From positions 254,697-318,696 of the forward strand of contig MU619245.1 of NCBI GenBank assembly GCA_025201805.1: DNA of 64,000 nt. Direction: 5' to 3'. This document shows positions 51,909-64,000 of this stretch, piece after piece. The translations under genes and the position numbers were made by a program. Every line of letters starts with the position of its first letter. The stretch's first letter is position 1. This DNA comes from Parasitella parasitica NRRL 2501. Taxonomy: Eukaryota > Fungi > Mucoromycota. Under the pieces are notes generated by a model. The model searched no databases. It saw nothing but the letters and a program-made list of their open reading frames with translations, and was not told the origin of the DNA.

Positions 51909-52869
51909 TAAAACGAAAACACACCGTTTACACTGATTAATGCTTATGTACATATACAAATATTCCAACTAAATACAACTACAAATAATTGGCAAATGCA
52001 GAGGATTTTAATTCTTTGTGTATGAAATAAATTTTTTTTTTTTTTTTGAAATGTATCGTCATTGAATACGAATTCCAAGGAAGATGCCATTAAGAATCCA
52101 TTCATCACAATAACCTCAGGATCGGCCTATGTGGATGTCGTCTTGAATATGTTTCAAAAAATCAAAAATCACTAAAACAGTAATTTATCCAGATCGAAAA
52201 TGAAATGAAGGCCCGCTCAGGGGGGCGAGTGCTTTTGACATTTTGAAAACGATTATGAATATAAACACGAATGTGTAGTTAGAGATTAACAAGGCTTATA
52301 TCGCATATTTGAGTTGGATAATGCGTGAGTACATATTATTTTAAGCAGTTTATGCACATGAAGATCTTAAAATCTATTTTCCTGTTTTGGCGGTACAAAG
52401 ACGATAATGGATTGAATTATGGATGGAAGAGGACCTAATTGCAGCTGCCAGCTCGTATATTACGATGATTCACAGTTGTGAGGAATGTGTCATTCCACAC
52501 TGGTCAGCTCTGTTGAAATAGTTGTAGAGGATCCAATATTTTCGCAGTTAGCACATAAACGTCTAGTGTTGATAATTATGTGTAAATTGCCGATGCTGTA
52601 CAGCAAAATTTGCTACCGATATTCTCAGTTACCTTTACTTGTATAAGATCAAGGCAGTATTTCATTAGGGATGTCCAAATTAAACAGATCATAGAAGCAT
52701 GGGGTTATGCAAATCGTGGATGCATGATTTATAATTTGTTGCATCAAAAGATGGGTGACGGCTAGTGATTTGTGGTTCTCAATTAGACAAATTATAGATG
52801 GTCTTTTTTTTTCCTCCTCTCTTTTCTTGTTTTTATAGTTGTATAGAAAGAATACTTTAGTGGAAATTG

Positions 52870-55031
52870 ATGAGTTCTGTGCATTCAATAAAGAGCGGTA
52901 AATAATTTGATAGTCTGATTATGTTATACGTTTGCTGAACGAATTGAGTAGACGAAGAATATCCGAACGAAGTTTGCATAAATAATAATGCCCCAACAAA
53001 AGTATCTGCGAGCAGAAAGTGGGGTTTGATTTGGGTATTCTCAATGGTACAAGTAGTAATACTTTATATAGACATTACAGACAAGAGCAAAATGAAAATC
53101 AAGATTCAAGCGACAAGGACGATCAAGATCAAAGCGAGTTGGATTACAAAAGCATCATTACCCATGAAGGGGGTAATATTACGTCAAAAGCCCGATACTC
53201 AACCGACAATTATAGCTTGAACTCTGTTCTGAACGGAAGACGCAGTAAACTTCAGCGCAAAAAGAGCAGTGTAGTTACTCGGGGCATGGATTTTATTCGA
53301 AAAATGAAATGGAAGTCCAATGAAACTAGCGCTGTAGGCAAGCGACGCTTCTCACAGCCAGATATAGATCCCGCAGATACGGTTAATTGGAGAGCTAGCT
53401 GGAGCACGCAAAATACACCTCGTGCCAGCATAGATGGCACTTTGCTACCAGAAGAGTTCATCATGCCTCTGCCCTCTGTATCATCGACACAGGTCGAGCA
53501 CAAAAATTTAGCTCCTATTCACGAAGCATATGCAGAGCAGTATTCCAGAGCGTTACACACACCCTCCCGCTTTTTACCCCAAAATCAAGCAGTAATCACT
53601 ACCAAAGCGGATGGCACAATATTGCTATTCAACGACATTGCATCTCTTTGCTTCAAGATTGATAAGTCATACATTGGAAAATCCATTTTGACCAGCTTGT
53701 TGGAAGATCCATTCAGAGCACAAATAACGGGCATACTTGAACGTAGGAAATACAATCGATACAGCACAAGGCAGCAATCCGATTGTATTAACAGAGGCCT
53801 GGTGCTCGTTTGCGGAACAATTGTAAGTTTTGTCTTTCCAGAGCTGATTTCGGAAAATTTATGTTCATATCTAGACGCCCATAGTAAAGGCGAATCGAGT
53901 TAAATCAGTGGCCTCTTTGTGGCTCAAGGAAAAAAGCTCAGACAACGGTGGCCATATCTACTTGTGGATCTTTGAAGAAATCTATGAAACATCATTGTCT
54001 GTGTACGTGGATTCCGAATGCATCATTCGACGAGTGTTGGGTACGATGATTGATATTTACGAATACAAAGAGGAAGAAATCATCGGAAGGCCTGTCAATT
54101 GCTTGGTGCCAGCATTGTCGAAAGAGAAAAGAGACGATAATCTGGAAAAAATGGACAGGCTAAAGTTTTTCGGTAGCAAGTCTAGTCAGGGCATATCATT
54201 TCCGGTCATTTTGAGCCTGAACAGACATGTGGCTATTGGAAACGACGACTTGGCTAGCTTTGTGGTGAAACTTACTTCGCTGCCTTCAATCACTGGTCTG
54301 ATGACTGCATCCCGCTCAACTGGAATAGTAACTAACCTCAGTCCTGTCCCTGCGAAATATCTATTTGGCCGATCTGTCAGCGACATTATCAACCAATTTC
54401 ACTTTAAGGAGCTTATACCTTTATTGCCAAACATCATTGAAAAGAGCAAACATAATGTCATGAGCAACCATATGTGTCGTCGAGCGCTGATGGACGAACA
54501 ACCGGGAGAAAAGCCAGTGATTTACGTCGTGCATCGAGATGGAAGTCAATTTGAAGTAGAACTACAACTGACATTTACCGAGGAATTCATTGATGTTTGC
54601 ATCAGCTATGATAGAATCGATGCTATTTCGAAACATGAGAAAAGAAGAAAGCAGCAGCAACAGCAGCAGCAGCAGCGTATAGAATCTGTCAAAAGTATCG
54701 ACAAACAAAGACCATTAAGAATTAGCTCTTTTGGGAATGTAGATCAACATCGCAAATTGTTTCCCTTATTAGGAAACAATAACAACGTTGACACTAATCA
54801 TAACATGTTTGTGTCCCTCAATGAATTACCTCCAAGTCCTCCACAACAGTATCACAAACAACGACATTTCTTGGATGACTATGTGATATTGGACGTATTG
54901 GGACAAGGGACATATGGAATGGCTAAATTGGCATATCGAAAAGACGATCCATCACAAAAGAAACTTGTGATAAAGTATATTATCAAGTCAAAAATTATTG
55001 TTGATTCATGGATTAGGTATCTTATAGTGTT

Positions 55032-55068
<37 letters not shown>

Positions 55069-55757
55069 AAGCATCTGTTAATATCTGTCACATACATTTT
55101 AGGGATCGTCAGCTAGGATCCATCCCTATGGAAATCCATATACTAAAGACACTGCAGAAATACCCACATGTTAATTGCTGCCGATTAGTAACTAGCTCAG
55201 AAGATGAAGATTACTACTTTGTAGTGATGGAGTTGCTAGGCGACGGGATGGACTTGTTTGATTACATTGAAGTGAATAAAAACATTTCAGAAAGCGAAAT
55301 GCGAGCCATATTCTATCAAGTAGCCTGCGCTGTTAAACACCTGCATGAACACCGTATTGTCCATCGAGATATCAAAGACGAAAACATCATTTTAGATCAA
55401 GAGGGCACTGTTCATTTGATTGATTTTGGATGTGCAACGTATTACAGAAAGGATCGAAAGTTTGATACTTTTACAGGCACATTGGAATACTGTGCTCCTG
55501 AGATACTCAAGGGAAAGCCGTACGCAGGACCTCCACAGGACATTTGGGCTAGCGGTATATTATTGTACACTCTCATGTACCGAGAAAATCCATTTTACAA
55601 CATTGATGATATCATGGAAACCGAGTTGCGAGTGCCACATGTGATTTCGCAAGAATCCCTGGATTTACTCGAAAAAATGCTGCAACGGGATATTAACAGG
55701 AGAATTACTGTGGACGAGGTACTGGAACATCCATGGTTCCATAGCATGTGCTTATAA
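52870..55757 (+). CDS. PAS-domain Ser/Thr kinase (PASK/Psk/Ppk6-like), multi-exon; start uncertain
   Basis: QAVITT..ILLFNDIASLCF, SLWLKEK, VHRDGSQF (PAS). Kinase LGQGTYG, HRDIKDEN, IDFG, GTLEYCAPE. Proposed 5' exons 52870-52897 and 52952-53018. Confidence 0.88.
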
Positions 55758-56497
55758 GTGTAGTAATAAAGTATTCTTGGATTTTGAGGTATTTATTAAT
55801 TTTTGCTGATATCATTCCAGCAAGATGTAACACGAGGTCTGAAGGATCCATTGCTAACATGCGACATGACTGGACTCTTGAATCATTATGAGATAGATTT
55901 TAAGTTTTCGTACCAGGTTATAGTGAGCCAGTGAATAGGAGGTATTTTTCGACTGCGGTAAATAGCCAAATAAGTATAAATCTACTACACTGGTGTACAA
56001 TGAACGAATCAAAAAGGGAGTCCAGACCAGTTGAACTGGATCTGTCAACCCGGAAAAGTGATTTTAGTTATATTTAGCGTGATTCGGTGTTCTTGATAGT
56101 TTTTCCATTGTGGATAACCATGATCTAAATTGATCTGTTATGACTAAATTCTGTAAAGCATCCTAATAGTCTATGAACTAACAAAACTTTAAATTAAAAT
56201 TGATACAGAGGGATGGCTTTTGATCCAACTTCATTGAAGGTCAATGCAATTAATAGATAAACGACAACAACAACAACAACAACAAACCACGCGATTACTG
56301 AGAACTGTTCACACACAGCTTCAATATTCTCCCATAGACAATATGTGTGCCACAATCCCAGTTACAAATGTATGCGAGACAGTCAGCTATTGAAACTCCC
56401 TTTTCATGGTGGATAACAGAGGTATAAATAGGCCAGAATGCTCTTTCTCCTGTTTATAATTCGTATTTCACATTTCTCACGCACTCATATCAACAAG

Positions 56498-57721
56498 ATG
56501 GATAAATTAAGGTCCTCTACCAAGGTGAAGATTCATATAGAAAGCGAAAATTTAATCATGTATGGCTCATCAGCAGAGTCTGCTGGATGTGTATTAAGAG
56601 GAGTCATGTCATTGAAATTGCAAGAGCCTGCCAAAATAAAATCAATTGCGCTAGAATTGGTCGGCAAGATGGCTGTAACCTGGACAGAAGGTTTGTACTA
56701 TTTCGGCTGCAATTGACGCTTTTAATTTAATTCATTTTAAATAGGCTTAGGCAATGGCCATGATAGACTATTCCGTGAAGAAAAATCTGTCTTGAATCAT
56801 ACATGGACATTTGTTCCTAAAGAAGCTAAACTGCATTTAATGAACGCTGGAGATTATACGTATGACTTTGAGCTTGCACTCCCTGGAGATTTGCCTGAAT
56901 CTACATATGTGCCCAACTTTTACACTGTACAGTACCACCTCAAAGCTACGATTGAACGTTCCACCTTTATGCCCAATATCAACCTTCGCAAAATCTTTTA
57001 CATTTCTCGCCAACTATTACCACTTACACCCGATTTTTTAGAGCCAGTAGCTGTAGCAAACCAATGGTCGAATAAACTAGACTACGAAATTACATTACCC
57101 AGCAAAATTTACACCCATGGCGATCAAATACCCATTACGATTCGAATTACGCCTCTAACAAACTCGCTGCGTGTGCGACACTTGTCCTGCACCCTCAAAG
57201 AATACATGATCTGTCGTGCGGCTGGATCTGCTGCCGGGATATTGAATACCCGTCCCCGAGCTCACGGCCGAGTTCTGTTTTCCTCAAGGGACGACAAATT
57301 TGGGCGAACAAACAATTCAACTTCACAGGCTGACAACTTTATCGAATGGACCAAAGTGCAGACCATTCCATTGCCTACGTCGGTACAGGATCTACAGTGC
57401 GATATTCAAAATGAAGCCGTTCGCATCAGACACAAGATCAAGTTTGTTCTGTCGCTTATAAATGCGGATGGCCATGTTTCGGAATTGAGGGCGGCTCTAC
57501 CCATCACTATATGTGCCGTAAACAAAACAGGGCTGCCTGCTTATGAAGAAGCATGGCGAAGTTTGCCGTATGACCCAGCTGCCTTTTTGACTCTCCTCTA
57601 TCATAGCAATAACGATACCCCAGCTTTGCCCTCTTACAACTCCATTGTAGACAATTGCTCACTTGTTGCTGCCAACAACCCACCAACGTATGAGGAAATT
57701 CCTTGTTTAGTATCTCGTTGA
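56498..57721 (+). CDS. Alpha-arrestin (ART/CreD/Rod1-like) with PY motifs; 2 exons
   Basis: SAGCVLRG, YDFELALPGDLPES, NQWSNKLDYEI, NADGHVSELRAALP, plus LPAY, LPSY and PPTY. Confidence 0.9.
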
Positions 57722-59910
57722 ATACTTGATTGCTGTAAATTTTATAAATTCTCTTTGTAAATACTCACCTTTCCTACACTGTAATAAATCTTTGTTTACT
57801 TAAACTCCTTTTTGTTTCCTGACCGTTGTCAAGTGAGTGACATTTAAATGTACACAATAATAGATACAGGTGTAGCATTGGGGCACACATGATACACGGT
57901 AAACGACTGAGTCTTTAGAATCCCTTATAGATTATAATATGAGTCAGGTCTTCATATTGTCTAGGAGACGAACAGTATGAGCTTTATATATATATTTTTC
58001 TTGACAGTTTTACTTGATGATATACCGCATCATACGTTATATCTCACTCCTTACAATACTCTTGTAGAAATTATCTTTTATTAGTAAAATAAAATCAATT
58101 CTAGTATAATGCAGTAAATCAAATAGTTTCCATGTCTACATATTTGGCTGAAATGAAAATTATCTTTTCCAAATTTATTTTGTACTGTGTTCAAGTAGAG
58201 ACTGTTCGCTTGCTTTGTTGTTAGTTGTGTTAATCCAACTCGCACTCGCACTCGCACTCGCTTGGTTGGGCAAAAAATTACTGACGCTTAAATCAGTGAG
58301 CTCGTCCTATTTCTGTTCTATTATGAATTCCTTTCACATTTATTAACATGGTTCGTCAGCAATGACCTACTATTTTCTTCTCTTCCTTCCTTTAGCAAGT
58401 GCTCAGGTTGGCACCTTGCCCTTGCCTCTACTTGATTCATAGTTCTTCCAAAACTAGTTAATAATACTAAGTTTGATGACAAAAAGTTTTATTATTATAT
58501 GATTGTACCTATACATAAATAGTATTCAACTTAATATCGGTTTGTTCGGCGCAGAGGATATATATATAATATGCTAAGAAAAATGTATAACTTTATAGAA
58601 ATAAAAATCAGACGCAAAAACTAATAATGGCTTTATGTATAAGAAAATACGCCATATATTTTTATACTAGGTTATTTCTATTGTAGCACTACTTGTTGTC
58701 ATCATGGCGGTTGAACATTGAAAATGGTATGTAATATATATACCAATTATAAATTATTACAATATGTATCGATACAACAACAACTTCTATTCCTTGTCAT
58801 GCCTCTCTGGCACAACAAAATTTAAAAGTTATATGGGTATTTTTATCGTGATATTCATACCCCTTATTTTAATGACTGAAACAAAAAACAGGCTTTGTTT
58901 GGCTCTTTATCGTAGTCTGTCAGCGATTATATGAGCTAACATCTAATATTTATAATAATTATAAAAAATAAAACTGTTTTTGCGTATAACTTTTGATAGA
59001 GACATTGCCCAGTGGAAATCAAGTTATGCTCAAATAGCGGTGGTCGTGCCTGTTTTCATGGCGCATGATACAGGGTTTATTTTGATCTTTATCGAAACTT
59101 GTCAGCGATTATATGCAATATTGATATAAAGATTGGTGCTATTATCTTCTGATTGCATATAACTCAGTGAGAAGCAAGTTTGAGTGATATCTAGCAAAGA
59201 AGATTTGAGACAGGATTCGAAATAACCGAATGGCAGCATACTGTTGAGATTGAATTGATAACCTATAGCTATACATTCACTATGGGTAGAGGACCCACTA
59301 TTTTGACTGAGAAGCAAGAGACATGAGCGTCAGAGTCAGAGGTAACATGGAAATGTCGTGATACGATTCGATAAAACATGAACTCAAAGGGCATTTGTAT
59401 GTAGTTTCATCGATCTAAAACATTATCTTTTCCCTGTTGCGCGCAGAGGATATATATATATAAGAACATGATTTGCAAGAAGAAAGTAATTTTCAAATAG
59501 GCCAGTGTTGCATGTATCTAAAATGAATGTGGTATGATATCTATTCATTTGAGGGAGATAGTGTAGTCGTGGTTAATAACTTTTCAAATCACATTGCAGC
59601 AGATCTATGTATGAATACTAATTTTCTTTTATTTCAATTAAATACTATATATATATTTATAAAAACGAGAGGCGATGAGAAGTTGGAAGGGGAGGGGAGA
59701 GAGAGAGAGAGAGAGAAAACAGTGAGGGAGAAAGGATGTTGTAGAAAAACAGAAAAAAGATTGGTATTGTTTCTTGGCTAAAAGCTGCAATTCTCTTATT
59801 GTTTTTTCTTCATCAAATTTTTGCATGCATCAGTAAAGTAATGTATTACATTTAGAACGCAAATTTGCTGAAAGTCTATAGTATAAAGTGCTTGTGTCCG
59901 ATTGAATAAT

Positions 59911-60533
59911 CTATGAGGAAGAAGAAGAAGGAGGGAAAGCGTGCTGGTTTGATCCTAATGATCCAATACGAAACACGCCTTGTTGTTGCAATTGAGTCTG
60001 TTGTTGCTGCGGTTGCTGTTGTTGTGGAGGTTTTTGAGATTTATCATCAATGGAATGTCTTCTTTGACGTTTTGTGATAGTTGAAGGGCCCCAGCGAGAA
60101 GTAGCAAATGTAATAGGCCTTCCACCAGATCCACCACCGCTTTGTTGTGTTGTAGGTGCGATATTTACCATGTTACCTGATCCTGATGACCTTTTGTACA
60201 TGGAATCTTGTGTTGTATTCAAGTTAGAGCCCATAGTAGGAATGGGGTTCTGCTGTAAAAACGTATTGGGTTTCTTTCCTCCATTGATATTCATTCCTAT
60301 GCTGTTACTCGTAGTGTTTACATTGCCTTTCTGCGTCGCTAGGGTGGTGTTTGAGTTGCCACTACGATTTCGCTTCTTTATCACATTCGTTTTTAGACTT
60401 AAGGGTCGAACCACACCATGTAATTTCAAAAATAATCCACACGCATTACATAAGGGCTGCCCTTCTGGATTGCGACGCCATAATGGTGTGGTTGTTGTAC
60501 TACAATTGGTGCATTTTGTGTTGGAGTTGCTAT

Positions 60534-60564
<31 letters not shown>

Positions 60565-62418
60565 TTTGTTATTATTATCTTTCTTGTTGACAAGTGGAGT
60601 CTCTTCTTGAGGTGTCTTACTGTGGTTAGTTTGCTGCTTTGGGCTGGAGTTTGAAGTGTCTAAACGGCTTGGGGATACGCCAATCGATGAAGGTGATTGT
60701 TGCTCATTTAACTGAGAAATTGAACTGGCGTTATTTCCAAATGATGTGCTCAAAGGTGTTGCATGTCCAGGTGGGTGTCTGTTATTTGTCAGCAAGATGT
60801 CTATTACAATATTAGGTTAACTTGATTCCAATGCAAGTTGCATCCGTACCTTGAGATTGGGATAATGGAAAACTGGTGGACAAATGTGAGATACCCGAAG
60901 CTTCGCTGGAATTATTGCTAATTAACATGTTTCCACTATTAGAAGTATTTGAAGTAGATACGGTTGAGGGCGGTGTGCCAGCAACCGCCACAGCAGCAGC
61001 AGCAGCGGCAGCAGCAGCGGCAGCGGTAGTATTCCCGTTTACGTAGTACATATTTAATAAATCTTCAAAACTCATTGCACCAGCATTGCCCTGAGCTGGT
61101 GAGTAAGACGCAGGAGATGGTGTATTCTCATTGGGCGTCGATCCAAAGAACGCAGCTTGTTGAGATTCAGGTAAAGTCGACCCTAATTGAGGAAACAAGC
61201 CAGATGTTGTTGGACTTTGCTGTTGTTGCTGACTGAAAAATGGATTTTGAATGCTATTACCATGGTTACTATGGTGATAACTAGGTACAGACTGACTGAA
61301 ATAGTTGAATTGATTTGATTCTATTGATGTAGATGGCTGGAATGAGGAGGCAGTTGATAATGGCGAAACTGTTGAATCACGGTAATCGTCTGAAATGTCC
61401 ATATCCGCGGGGATGGTGATGCTGTTAGTACCATAAATGTTGGAAAATAAGTTCTGCTAAATCAATTATTTTAATAAACAATTGACCATCCTGATCCTGA
61501 ATAAAAGCTTACACTATTATCGTTTCCACTACTGGTATTGCTGCTAGTGCTATTATGTCTATTATTGTTGATAGTGAGCCGACTACTACTGCTAGTCATA
61601 TGCAAGTTAGCAGGAGTGGATGCTCTTGTAGAGCCATACACCATTACATTTCTTTTTTGTTCGTGAAGTTGTTGAACTTGATGATGGTATTGTTGCTGTT
61701 GCTGTTGTTGGTACTGCAACTGGTACTGGTGCTGTTGCTGCTGGTGCTCTTGCTGTTGCTGTTGCTGTTGCTGGTGCTGGTGCTGGTGCTGGTGCTGGTG
61801 CTGGTGCTGTTGCTGTTGCTGGTGCTGTTGCTGGTGCTGTTGCTGTTGTTGACTTTGTGATGGGTTGCTTTGCGGAAAAGACATTGCATTACCCGTAAAA
61901 TCCAACATATAAGGAGGGGCAGATGAAGAGAGCATCGTCGTTGTGTCATCGGGTGATGGGGGGGAAATAGTGCCATCCCCCATTTCATCGTCCTGCTGCT
62001 CGTTTTTGGGCGAATCTGCCTCTGTAGCTTCGGCAGCTTCAGCCTCGGCTTTTTTCTTTTTATTCAATGTCATAGCCATCATTCTCCATGTTAGATTTTC
62101 CAATCTTGAACCATTAGGCAAGGTATCTTTTGCTTTTGTATATAATCTCCAGACTTGAGTGGCTAAAGGGTCCTCCTTTTTACCCTTTTTCTCGTCTTCC
62201 CCATCGCTATCTTCTTCGTCGCTGTCTTCAATCATTGCCTTGGGTTTTCTAGGAGGAAATAAGGAATCTGATAAAAGAGCAGCTGTAACAGCAGGAGGAG
62301 TTTTTGGTGATAAAGCAGCAGTAGTTCTATCCAAAGCACTCTTCTTCTTCAATTCACCAAGCTGAAGCTCAGAATACTTTTTCTTTGGGTCTGACGAGTC
62401 AAAGGTTGATTTTTGCAT
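59911..62418 (-). CDS. areA: AreA/Gat1-like nitrogen-regulatory GATA factor; 3 exons
   Basis: DUF1752-type [32 protein letters not shown]. Finger [50 protein letters not shown]. Confidence 0.9.
61683..61850 (-). repeat. CAG/CAA/CAC trinucleotide repeat encoding a poly-Q/(QH)n tract in AreA
   Basis: (tgctgg)n and (tgctgt)n arrays on the + strand. Confidence 0.9.
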
Positions 62419-62664
62419 GACTCCGTGGTTGTATGTTTTTAGTCAATGTGTAGATCTCTTTATTTTTTTTTGCTTTTGTTTTGAGATATACAATCCAAGT
62501 GGTCTAGATACAGGATTGTTTTGTTTTCACCAACAAGTAAAAAACAAAAAAAAAGGTTGAAAAACGAAAAGAAAAAGAGTGAAAACTCAAAACTTAAGAA
62601 ACATGTAATATTGGTAGTAACCAATCATGATTTACATCGTTGGTTGAAAAGTAAACGTTTTATT

Positions 62665-64000
62665 TCAGTTTTTCAGTTGAACGATGGAATTCACAGCACA
62701 CCTATAATCCAAGTCTGTAAGTACACAGCTTGCAAAGAAATCATCTAGCAACTTACATCCAAATTCGAGTTTTATACAATTTAAATAACTCCCTGACCAA
62801 CTCCCGGAAATCAACTCTTTTTTCAGCAACAAAATAAAAGGTAAGCTTGCGTCTATCCCTGTGTGAATATAGTGTGGTTAAAAGAGTGTGAACAAAAAAT
62901 TCATAATCTCGCATACCATTGATACTCGGCATCTACAACTTGCATGTTGAGCTTCTTCTGCTTTATTTTTGATTGACAAATCATCAATACTTTGGCTTCA
63001 TCTTGTCCTTTTGCCATCAGCAAAGTAATTTCATCCGATCTAGCTTGTCTAAATATGCATTTTACATATATTTCATTGGGTAAGTACGTCTTCTTTTCTT
63101 CTGTCGTAGAGTTTTGGCTATTGTTGTTTTTCAATTGGCAGTAGAATTTTTCCAGTTGCTGTCTACTAATATTTTCCATGATAATTTTACCAAGGTCTTT
63201 GCCTCGGTCAGCTTCTACAATAACTAAATCATTTTCCTTGAGATTGTTTGATGGTTGGCTGTAAAACACATCAGACCTGCCGCCTTTGAATTCGACCACA
63301 TAGAATATAGCATCATTCAATATGTCTGAATCTAATCTGGTCCCCTTTCCCATGTCGTCTATCTTTATAACTTCTGATTTACTAGGTTGTGGCATAGCCA
63401 TAGAGCCAGGAGAGGGAGGCGAAAGTCTATCCCGAACGGCTAAATCAGATATAACATCTTGTTGATTCAGCAAAGAAGAAGATGATGATGAAGTAGGGTG
63501 AAATGATGGCAGTTGATTATTATTGTAGCTTGTACTATTAGTTGGTCCCGCAAGTGAATGTCGTCTTTGATTCATGAAGAAGGACGTCGATGCTAATGGA
63601 TGGTGCTGTTGTTGTTGCTGTTGCTGCAGCAACTGCTGCTGCTGCTGCTGTAGTAATAGCTGCTGCTGTAATTGCTGATGGTGATGGATTTGCTGTTGTT
63701 GCTGGTGATAATTGGTGTTTTCCATGAATGCACCTGATGGCTGTGCAAAGGAAAATCGCCTTATTCTTTCCCTGATTTCCGTCATTTGGTTATCCTCTTG
63801 ATCCAATAAAGAAGGCGGGATCAAAGATGACCTCCTACCATTATTAACTTTTGCCCACGTATCTGCACCATCTTTGTTCAAAGGGTTCCAAATATAATTA
63901 TCGACAGCAGAAGACTTTGATCTAAGCCTTCTACTTTTCTCGTGGTGCTGGTGCTGAGGGTGCTGGTCCTCTTCTTCGTCATCCTCTTGGATGATTGGAT
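62665..64000 (-). CDS. PSP1 C-terminal domain protein (5' end lies beyond the window)
   Basis: [36 protein letters not shown]|[29 protein letters not shown]|CAVN..*. The frame is open to 64000. Confidence 0.92.

Noticed and set aside
52209-52236. GC-rich imperfect hairpin, possible Helitron 3' end
   Set aside because: Poor pairing and no CTRR terminus downstream.
58362-58442. 26-codon signal-peptide-like ORF (MTYYFLLFLPLASAQ..)
   Set aside because: Too short, no supported downstream exon, and easily produced by pyrimidine-rich DNA.

Overview
AT-rich, gene-dense eukaryotic DNA with short (about 50-100 nt) GT-AG introns, long poly-A/T tracts and three N gaps. Gene content and intron style point to an early-diverging fungus, probably Mucorales (inference). 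I can support about 30 protein-coding genes, mostly housekeeping: HECT ligase, INO80B/Ies2, Rrg7, nucleoside phosphorylase, GMD, MCC-beta, Coa5, Bet3, serine carboxypeptidase, Thg1, Nop10, Asn synthetase, Hsp110, F-box/WD40, Rki1, Suv3, PAS kinase, arrestin, AreA and a PSP1-domain gene. Items the ORF track missed or mis-framed are a spliced NOP10, a spliced 55-aa microprotein, a spliced KEN-box orphan and a decayed HIBCH-like pseudogene. The most interesting items are: an Integrator subunit 9 gene head-to-head with NOP10 and next to THG1; a 64-aa, probably lipidated 11-mer-repeat amphipathic microprotein; a SreA-like GATA factor lacking the iron-sensing Cys cluster; a VC0807-like membrane protein; a pseudokinase; and a ~2.9 kb segment bounded by inverted repeats between ASN1 and HSP110. 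I found no rRNA, tRNA or CRISPR. Exon boundaries were read by eye and family calls come from remembered motifs, not database searches.
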